Of a stretch of DNA of 64,000 bases, positions 57,353-64,000 are shown piece after piece (position 1 is the first letter of the stretch; each line of letters opens with the position of its first letter). A model generated the notes under the pieces. The model was not told the DNA's origin. It worked only from the letters and a program-made list of their open reading frames with translations, and did not search any database. Both the position numbers and the translations under genes were made by a program. Source of the DNA: Nitrospirales bacterium (GTDB lineage: Bacteria > Nitrospirota > Nitrospiria > Nitrospirales > UBA8639); the NCBI GenBank assembly GCA_965223295.1, contig CBDCWC010000002.1:1088001-1152000 (forward strand), read 5' to 3'.

Positions 57353-59029
57353 TTATCGGCCCATCGCTAAAACAGTTTGAAATAATTCATCAGCCACGGT
57401 AATCATCCGCGCTGAGGCTTCGAAAGACCGTTGAAAACTCAACAAGTTTGTCAGTTCTTCATCCAAAGAAACACCCGAAACACTTTCACGGAGACCTTTT
57501 AACTGGTCCATTTCCAGCTTTACGGTATTCAACACAAGCTCCGCTTCTCGAGCTGCACTGCCTACATTACCGATCGAAATAGTTTGATAGTCGTTGAAAG
57601 TCAAATTTTCCAAGACGTTTAGTCTAGACGTATGAAGTCCAACCAAAGCTAATCCATTACTGTTATCCCCAGGGACTTTTGGCCCAGTCAGTGCTGTCGA
57701 AGGTTGCGAAGCAGCCGCAATTTGCTGGGTATCCGATAACACCACATCAAAACGTACCGCGGCTCCCTTATGGGCACTAACATGGAAGACATCATCCGCA
57801 GCCGGTGTTCCCGTTAAGACCACATCTAATCCGTCAAAACTAAAAACATTCCCAGACGCATAGGCGCCTCCCGCCACCACTGTGGCCCCTGTATCCACAT
57901 TCACAACATCAAAGGTCGTGGGATTGGAGAACCGCACTTCATAATTCTGGAACGTTTGTAATGGAGGACCAGTGACCGGAGTAATGCTGACAGAAGTTCC
58001 TACCGCAGTCCCTCGATTCAAATCATCTGCTAATGGAGCCTGTGGAATTAACGCAGAAAAAAATAGTTGGCCCGTCGAGTCATCTAACCCATAACCCACT
58101 TGATGCTGCTCGTTAAATTCATTAACAAGAGCGGCCGCTAAACGATCCAGGCGATCTTGAAAAGCCACGACATCCGTATCCCGAGTCGTCAGAAGTCCGC
58201 CAATTTTTCCACCTTGGATTTTGTGCGTTATGGAAAAAACGTTCCCGTCAGTACGAACAAACGCCACATCTTCAAATGGAGGATTATCCGCATCAGGTAG
58301 CGTGGAAAGAGCATTCGCATGATTTCCGCCCACCAGCAATTGGCCGCCAACATTAATGCCGATGCCATCCCGTAACTGCACCTGTTCCACATCGACCAAT
58401 TCAGCCAAATCGTTAATCAAGACAGCGCGTTGATCTCGCAAATCAGGGGCCTCTCGCCCACTCGATTCCCCTTTAAAAATTTCGTCGTTCAATGCGGCGA
58501 TTCGCGTAGCCAATCCGTTGATGGTTTCAATATGCCTTCGGATTTCTTGATTGGAGTCTAACCTGATTTGATTAAAGGCCTGAGATTGTTCTACAAACAC
58601 CTGGCTTAACGATTGCGCTTTGGCCAAAACCACCGTCCGCTGTATGGGACTTTCGGGATTCGTGGCCATATCTCGAAGGGCATTGAAAAATTCCGTCACT
58701 CCGTGAGATAAACCCGAGTTTTCCGTTTCCGTCACAATGCCATCGGCCTGCGATAAAAATGTGGAACGTGTGGAAATAAAACCAAGATCTTCATTCCCAT
58801 CTGTTATTTGATTCTCTAAAAAGACATCCACCGTTCGACGGATGTGCGCCGCCTGCACACCGCTCCCAATAACCCCTTCGGCAGGACGATTAGTCTCTAA
58901 GACAACTTCTTGACGCGAGTAGCCAGGAGTGTTGATATTGGAAATATTGTGAGAGGTCGTGGCCAGCCCCTGTTGATGGGCCTGTATCCCCGATCGTGCA
59001 ATATTAAAGATGTGACTAATGCCCGCCAT
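57353..59029 (-). CDS. flgK: Flagellar hook-associated protein 1
   Basis: SHNISNINTPGYSRQ, DLRDQR, GG.IGGL and SVSGVSLDEE..NL..FQ motifs. Confidence 0.95.
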   Translation of the reverse strand: MAGISHIFNIARSGIQAHQQGLATTSHNISNINTPGYSRQEVVLETNRPAEGVIGSGVQAAHIRRTVDVFLENQITDGNEDLGFISTRSTFLSQADGIVTETENSGLSHGVTEFFNALRDMATNPESPIQRTVVLAKAQSLSQVFVEQSQAFNQIRLDSNQEIRRHIETINGLATRIAALNDEIFKGESSGREAPDLRDQRAVLINDLAELVDVEQVQLRDGIGINVGGQLLVGGNHANALSTLPDADNPPFEDVAFVRTDGNVFSITHKIQGGKIGGLLTTRDTDVVAFQDRLDRLAAALVNEFNEQHQVGYGLDDSTGQLFFSALIPQAPLADDLNRGTAVGTSVSITPVTGPPLQTFQNYEVRFSNPTTFDVVNVDTGATVVAGGAYASGNVFSFDGLDVVLTGTPAADDVFHVSAHKGAAVRFDVVLSDTQQIAAASQPSTALTGPKVPGDNSNGLALVGLHTSRLNVLENLTFNDYQTISIGNVGSAAREAELVLNTVKLEMDQLKGLRESVSGVSLDEELTNLLSFQRSFEASARMITVADELFQTVLAMGR

Positions 59030-59036
59030 AAGGCTC

Positions 59037-59534
59037 CTATCCGTGGAGATGGACCGAGCTCAGAACAGATGGAAACTGTAACGTTCCAGATCCTTGGTAG
59101 ACCGGGCTCTTTCCTAAGCCCGTATAAATGAGATTAATGGCTTCACGCACCACATGTTGCGTTCGACCAATCAGGACTGCGTTCTTTTTGCCCTGCTCAT
59201 GGATTGTTTGAGTCAGCGCACTTAAGTCATGTAGTAGGGTATTCGCAGTTGATGCTTCGGGTTGTTGCGTGTTCTGTAACCACGCCCCTAGTCGTTCCTG
59301 ATTCTTAGGGCCTGCCAGCTGCTGCAAGACCACCACCACTTGTTGTTCATATCGGCATATCGCATCTAAAACTTGCTCTTTCTTTTCCGTCACTTCGACC
59401 ATCCTTTGGCGTTCCATCTTATGGAGCAAGAATTCTTCCTCTTGGAGTAAGCTCAAAAAGTTTTCAAAATTTAGACGCATATCCCCTAATAGCTCGAAGA
59501 GACACTCCCACGAGTCCTGCGTACAATTCGTCAA
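59037..59534 (-). CDS. flgN: Flagellar export chaperone FlgN
   Basis: Helical protein between flgM and flgK, LL.EE...L and N..LI..Y...G patterns. Confidence 0.75.
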   Translation of the reverse strand: MTNCTQDSWECLFELLGDMRLNFENFLSLLQEEEFLLHKMERQRMVEVTEKKEQVLDAICRYEQQVVVVLQQLAGPKNQERLGAWLQNTQQPEASTANTLLHDLSALTQTIHEQGKKNAVLIGRTQHVVREAINLIYTGLGKSPVYQGSGTLQFPSVLSSVHLHG

Positions 59535-59564
59535 AGAACAATCCTCCTCTTGAATGAGAAATAT

Positions 59565-59879
59565 TTATACACTCAGTGCATCAAGAATGGTTTCGCGTGT
59601 CAGGGTGTCTGCCACCTGCTCAGGCGTCGCAAGTTCTTTCCTTTGACTCAATGCTTCCTGAATTTGCTGAATTCTGCCAGTCCGAAGCTCCGGCAATTGA
59701 GCTGCTTGAGAAGAATGCGTACGAATTTCTAAAGCCAAACGGGAAAGATCAACAGCATCGGTGGCTCTTGGTGGTGCGGAGTGAGGTGGGCGGGAATCTT
59801 TCTCATGGCCGGATTTGGATTGGATCTGAAAGAACAATCTCCCCAGCTCTCCGCTGGGATCAAGGCCCGGTATCGTCAT
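59565..59879 (-). CDS. flgM: Anti-sigma28 factor FlgM
   Basis: D.V.LS..A and PELR..RI..I...L...E.VAD motifs. Has an upstream sigma28 promoter. Confidence 0.8.
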   Translation of the reverse strand: MTIPGLDPSGELGRLFFQIQSKSGHEKDSRPPHSAPPRATDAVDLSRLALEIRTHSSQAAQLPELRTGRIQQIQEALSQRKELATPEQVADTLTRETILDALSV

Positions 59880-59903
59880 GGCATCTTGCCTCCTTCTCTC
59901 TCT

Positions 59904-59931
59904 TTATCGGAGACAACACCCTAAAACTTTA
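59904..59931 (-). promoter_or_regulatory. sigma28 promoter of flgM-flgN-flgK-flgL
   Basis: TAAAGTTT..TCCGATAA (TAAA-N16-TCCGATAA). Confidence 0.7.
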
Positions 59932-59973
59932 CCCAACACCCTAAGATTTCACAAAATTTGAAAGACGAGAGGC

Positions 59974-60297
59974 TTACCGCATGAGATCTTGATTTTGAGC
60001 CACTGATGCCAGGACGTAATCAGAAAGCCCAAAACCGCCAGTTTGTGCAATTCGTTTGCCAATTTCTTCATCATAAAAAGAATGGTACATTTCACCCATT
60101 TTATTAGCTGTGAGTTCCCCCTGTGGGACGGTTTGGCGCATGACTTTTAACATATAGGCCACAAAATATGACTCGAACGCTTGACTGGCGCGTAACAAAT
60201 CTCCACGTTGGGCGAGTTGTTCGACCTGCTTAACAGTCGTGCCGGCTTGAGTAGTGGAAACCTGAGAAGTCTCCAATGATCCAATGGGGCTTAACAT
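59974..60297 (-). CDS. flgJ: FlgJ rod-binding domain protein (no muramidase domain)
   Basis: L.RASQAFES.F...MLK.MRQTVP and D.E....A..GG.GL motifs. Confidence 0.85.
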   Translation of the reverse strand: MLSPIGSLETSQVSTTQAGTTVKQVEQLAQRGDLLRASQAFESYFVAYMLKVMRQTVPQGELTANKMGEMYHSFYDEEIGKRIAQTGGFGLSDYVLASVAQNQDLMR

Positions 60298-60333
60298 AAT
60301 GTATCTCTTCAGCTAAGACCGGAAAGAACAGCG

Positions 60334-61551
60334 CTAAATTAACTCCAAGTCAGCTTGTAAGGCACCGGCAGCTTTTGCGGCCGTCAGGACCGCAACTAAA
60401 TCACGAGGCGTGACCCCTACCGAATTCAAGGCATTCACTAAATCCCCAAGCGTGACAGATCCATCGACTTGAATGACACGTTTTTTATCTTCTTCGACTT
60501 CAGCCTCCACATCAGGAGTGACCACCGTTTCGCCTGCCGCCGATCCAATCAGACCTGCCGCTTCCGGTTGTGAGACATTAAAATCTGTCTGAATTTTAAT
60601 TGTCAGACTTCCATGGGATATCGCCATACTGGCCAACCGCACATGCTCACCCATCACAATCGTGCCAGTGCGTTCATTCACCACCACCTTGGCACTGACG
60701 TCCACATTGACATCTAACCCTTCAACTGCTGCAATCATTTGAACGATTTTCCCCTGAAACTTTGCTGGCACTGCAACTTGCACTTGACCGGAACTGACCG
60801 CATCTGCCGTTCCTTGACCAAGATGGGTATTGATGACTTCCGAGACACGCAAGGCCGTCGTAAAATCCGCTTGATGCATAGTCAGAGAGAAAGAATTCCA
60901 TTCATTCATATCAAGACTGATAGCTTGTTCCACAATGGCACCACCTGGAATGATTCCACCAGACTGTTGATTTTTCACAACCGACGTTCCTCCTCCACCA
61001 GCTTCAAACCCTGATGTGGAAATCGGCCCCTGTGCGACCGCATAAACTTGTTGATTCGCTGCTTTCAAAGGTGTGAGCAATAAGGTGCCACCCCGCAAAC
61101 TTTTCGCATTGGCCAACGAGGAAACCTGCACATCTAACCTCATACCCGGACGCGCAAATGGCGGCAATTTTGCCGTAACCATGACGGAGGCTGTATTCTT
61201 AGTCAGTAATTGAATGGGATCAACTTTGAGATTCACTCCCATCGTGTTCAACATAGAAATAATGGCCTGAGCCGTAAATTGCCCACCGACGACGGAATCA
61301 CCTGTTCGGTCCAACCCAACGATTAAGCCATACCCAATGAGTTGATTGTCACGGACACCTTCAATGGAAGCAATATCCTTGATCCGTGCGGCTTCTAATA
61401 CATCGGGCAAACCAAAGCCTATGAAAAATAGCCAGGAGGCTAGGCATGGAACAAGCACCAACCAATAGAACAATCGACTAAACTGTCCCTGCTCTTTCCG
61501 CACCTTGCCCTTCTCTGCCTCATATCCATTTTTGTCTACTAATCTATTCAT
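60334..61551 (-). CDS. flgI: Flagellar P-ring protein
   Basis: RIKDIA..GVRDNQLIGYGLIVGL, A.VMVTA.LPPF, VVVNERTGTIV and AGALQADLE motifs. Start uncertain. Confidence 0.95.
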   Translation of the reverse strand: MNRLVDKNGYEAEKGKVRKEQGQFSRLFYWLVLVPCLASWLFFIGFGLPDVLEAARIKDIASIEGVRDNQLIGYGLIVGLDRTGDSVVGGQFTAQAIISMLNTMGVNLKVDPIQLLTKNTASVMVTAKLPPFARPGMRLDVQVSSLANAKSLRGGTLLLTPLKAANQQVYAVAQGPISTSGFEAGGGGTSVVKNQQSGGIIPGGAIVEQAISLDMNEWNSFSLTMHQADFTTALRVSEVINTHLGQGTADAVSSGQVQVAVPAKFQGKIVQMIAAVEGLDVNVDVSAKVVVNERTGTIVMGEHVRLASMAISHGSLTIKIQTDFNVSQPEAAGLIGSAAGETVVTPDVEAEVEEDKKRVIQVDGSVTLGDLVNALNSVGVTPRDLVAVLTAAKAAGALQADLELI

Positions 61552-61562
61552 CGTTCTTATTT

Positions 61563-62264
61563 CTAGAAAGGAGTCACCCAATCAAAGACGCGCGTGGCCC
61601 ATCCTGGCCGCTGCACATCATCCACCACTCCCAAACCAACATACGCAATTTGGGCATCAGCTACCGCTGAAGACAAAACGGTATTTTGCGTATCTAAATC
61701 AATTCGGCGAACAATTCCCTGAATCGTCATTTTTTGTTTTTCACTATTTACTGTCACCTCACGTTTCCCTTGAATACGCAAATCTCCATTAGGAAGGACT
61801 TCGACTACCTTAGCCGCAATGGTTCCAGTCAAACTATCCTGTCGACTGGTTGACCCCTCACCCTCAAACTCATTACCCGTCGTGGCGTTGACATCAAATA
61901 AATCGACAAACTTTTTCCCTAAAGAATGGATCCCAAAGAGGCCCCCACTGGCTCCAGCACTCAGAGTCGCCGCTCGGTCAGCTGTGGTATTCGCCGTCTT
62001 TGAACCGCTATGCTGCTCCTCAATTCTGACGATCACGATATCTCCAATCCGGCTGGCTCGCCGATCCTCAAACATAAATGCCCGGCCGTTGCCAGGTTCC
62101 CATAAGGAACCCAACGACGATGCCTGTTTTTCGGGAATGACAACATCATCCATTTTCATATCAGGAGGCTTTCGCAACTCTGAACAAGCAACGAGTCCAC
62201 TTCCTCCAATAGCGAAAAGCATCCCCCCCACCACCAGCACACGATAAAGATGTGCCTGCTTCAA
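61563..62264 (-). CDS. flgH: Flagellar L-ring lipoprotein
   Basis: Lipobox LVAC, GSLW, F.DRRA..IGDIV, VLPNG.L.I.G, ADA.I.Y.G.G and PF end. Confidence 0.95.
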   Translation of the reverse strand: MKQAHLYRVLVVGGMLFAIGGSGLVACSELRKPPDMKMDDVVIPEKQASSLGSLWEPGNGRAFMFEDRRASRIGDIVIVRIEEQHSGSKTANTTADRAATLSAGASGGLFGIHSLGKKFVDLFDVNATTGNEFEGEGSTSRQDSLTGTIAAKVVEVLPNGDLRIQGKREVTVNSEKQKMTIQGIVRRIDLDTQNTVLSSAVADAQIAYVGLGVVDDVQRPGWATRVFDWVTPF

Positions 62265-63004
62265 AACCCGACCTCCACCAAACCCGCACTCATGATCGTT
62301 CCCAGCACTTCCCGGCCAGAATTTTTATTTTGAACAGGAATCGTGTCTCCTGATTTTCCTGAGGCTTTGGCCAAACCGATCGTCTGTACCAATAACCCAC
62401 TTCGTCGAACCTCCAGCATCACTCGATCCCCTTTATGAACAAGAGGCGGATCGTCCAACAAGATTTTTCGAATAGGTTGCCGTGGCGGAAGCGGACGAAG
62501 AACTTGTTTTCCAATCACATCATCAAAGTTAAGAATAAAATCATGGGTGAGTGATGGCAAATCAACCGTCATCGCCGTGACATCATCAGCCTCCACAATT
62601 TCTTTCGGTTTAATCCAACGTACAGGCGTACTCACCGTGGCCTGAGCTTTGACCTCTCCCACAACATTCAGAGTCTTGAGAAACTGTCCATTCACAAAGA
62701 GTTCCACCCGAAACGCTCGCCGTCCGGTTCGAGCTCCACCTGAAAATTTCTCAACTTCAAGATGGAGTTTCCCAACTGGCACAAGCAAGGGCTGTTTAGG
62801 AAACAAGATTCGCACATTCACCCGATGATTCGGGCGGCCATATTGGCGAGTCAGTGCAGAATAAATTGCTTGTTCAAAAGCGGAAACAGCTACAGATTGC
62901 TCCCGGCTCTTCACCGATTTCGTATTGGCGGCCCACCCGAATCCGGAGAGGGCCCACCATCCAACTCCAGCACATAGCATTGTCACCAGTAAAATATTTT
63001 TCAT
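62261..63004 (-). CDS. flgA: P-ring formation chaperone
   Basis: SAF-like segment and PPLV.KGDRV...GL.V...G.A..SG..GD.I.V.N..SG. Lies between flgG and flgH. Confidence 0.9.
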   Translation of the reverse strand: MKNILLVTMLCAGVGWWALSGFGWAANTKSVKSREQSVAVSAFEQAIYSALTRQYGRPNHRVNVRILFPKQPLLVPVGKLHLEVEKFSGGARTGRRAFRVELFVNGQFLKTLNVVGEVKAQATVSTPVRWIKPKEIVEADDVTAMTVDLPSLTHDFILNFDDVIGKQVLRPLPPRQPIRKILLDDPPLVHKGDRVMLEVRRSGLLVQTIGLAKASGKSGDTIPVQNKNSGREVLGTIMSAGLVEVGF

Positions 63005-63007
63005 CGT

Positions 63008-63799
63008 TTACCGTCTCAGTGTATTCACGACTTGCATCATGTCATCTGATGCTTGAATCGCTTTGGCATTGAGTTCATAGGCGCGCTGGGCAATGATCAT
63101 ATTCACCATTTCATCTGCAATATTCACATTCGAAATTTCCAGAAATCCTTGCTGGATGAGTCCGAACCCCGTTGAGAATCCAGGGGTCCCTTGTTGGGCA
63201 GGACCAGACGCCGAACTTTCCGTAAACAAATTATTCCCTTGGGCAATTAACCCTGAAGGATTATCAAATCGCACTAACTGAATTTGACCGACTTGAGTAG
63301 CCTGCGAGACACCCGGCAAAAGCGCAGACACCGTACCATCCTGCCCGATATTGACGGTTAAGGCACCGGAAGGAATCGTAATACTCGGGATCAATGGATC
63401 TCCATCACCTGTGACCACATTACCCGTGCTGTCGCTTTTAAACGAGCCAGCCCGCGTGTACATCGTTGAACCATCGGGCCGCGTGACTTGAAAAAATCCA
63501 GCCCCTTCAATCGCAATATCTAGTTCATTAAATGTTTGCTTCAAACTTCCCTGAAGGTATTCTTTCGCGACGGTCACCGGCCGAACACCCAACCCCACCT
63601 GCATCCCAACTGGAAATACGCCAACATTCGAAGCACTCGCCCCCGGCAACCGCGAAATTTGATACAGCAAATCCGCGAACTCTGCGCGACTCCGTTTAAA
63701 GCCAGTGGTATTCACGTTAGCCAAGTTGTGAGCAATCGTATCGATATTAAGTTGTTGGGCAAACATGCCCGTAGAAGCCGTGTGCATTGCTCGGATCAT
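63008..63799 (-). CDS. flgG: Flagellar basal-body rod protein FlgG
   Basis: MIRA..TA.TGM.AQQ, NLANVNTTGFK, YTRAG and LE.SNV....EMVNMI.AQRAYE.N.KAI motifs. Confidence 0.96.
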   Translation of the reverse strand: MIRAMHTASTGMFAQQLNIDTIAHNLANVNTTGFKRSRAEFADLLYQISRLPGASASNVGVFPVGMQVGLGVRPVTVAKEYLQGSLKQTFNELDIAIEGAGFFQVTRPDGSTMYTRAGSFKSDSTGNVVTGDGDPLIPSITIPSGALTVNIGQDGTVSALLPGVSQATQVGQIQLVRFDNPSGLIAQGNNLFTESSASGPAQQGTPGFSTGFGLIQQGFLEISNVNIADEMVNMIIAQRAYELNAKAIQASDDMMQVVNTLRR

Positions 63800-63913
63800 A
63801 AATGTCGTTCTCCATTTTTTCTTACACTCAACTTCCTCTTTATGCTTATATTCATGATGTTCTTCTTATCCTACTTTCTTACTTTTCACTTTTTATCATG
63901 TACCCGTGATAAC

Positions 63914-64000
63914 TTACGCCTGTACCCGTCCAGCTTGAATCGCTTGACTTGCCATTTCATCCATGGCCTGAATGGCTTTTTGCATTTGTTCAAATTCTCG
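63914..64000 (-). CDS. flgF: C-terminus of flagellar rod protein FlgF (partial, runs off window)
   Basis: Manual translation gives REFEQMQKAIQAMDEMASQAIQAGRVQA*, a rod-protein C-terminal motif, directly upstream of flgG. Confidence 0.75.
   Translation of the reverse strand, partial: REFEQMQKAIQAMDEMASQAIQAGRVQA

Noticed and set aside
513-63281. Many short ORFs antisense to or nested in long genes (e.g. 10476-10886, 14162-14518, 27424-27837, 61819-62247)
   Set aside because: Shadow frames of well-supported genes with no recognisable motifs.
1-64000. CRISPR array, tRNA/rRNA, prophage or defence system
   Set aside because: No regularly spaced repeats, RNA-gene signatures or phage/defence genes were recognised.

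Overview
Gene-dense bacterial chromosome segment. Gene order and the intergenic repeats suggest Nitrospirota (inference). (1) 181-15.5k, minus strand: lipid A/LPS-core and outer-membrane operon bamA-skp-fabZ-lpxA-lpxI-gnnA-like-lpxB-msbA-DUF374(lpxJ-like)-waaA-lpxK-waaF-gmhB-waaC. (2) 15.9-21.4k, plus strand: lon-thiL-DUF2062-HD hydrolase. (3) 21.6-64k: a flagellar region (flgFGAHIJMNKL, a diguanylate cyclase plus hybrid kinase, fliW-csrA, fliC-flaG-fliDS-fliT-like, a stand-alone HisKA-like protein, PilZ). A ~23 kb glycosylation island interrupts it, carrying pseudaminic acid genes, formyltransferases and many glycosyltransferases. Most notable: (a) the lpxJ-like acyltransferase is split exactly at an in-phase A_AAA_AAG/A9 slippery site (candidate programmed -1 recoding or phase variation); (b) a Pse pathway lacking pseH but carrying two formyltransferases and a de-N-acetylase; (c) sigma54 promoters paired with FleQ-like GTCAA-N4-TTGAC boxes; (d) two MITE families sharing a structured core, plus IS256/IS605 debris around an inverted pseF. 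No rRNA, tRNA or CRISPR array was seen.
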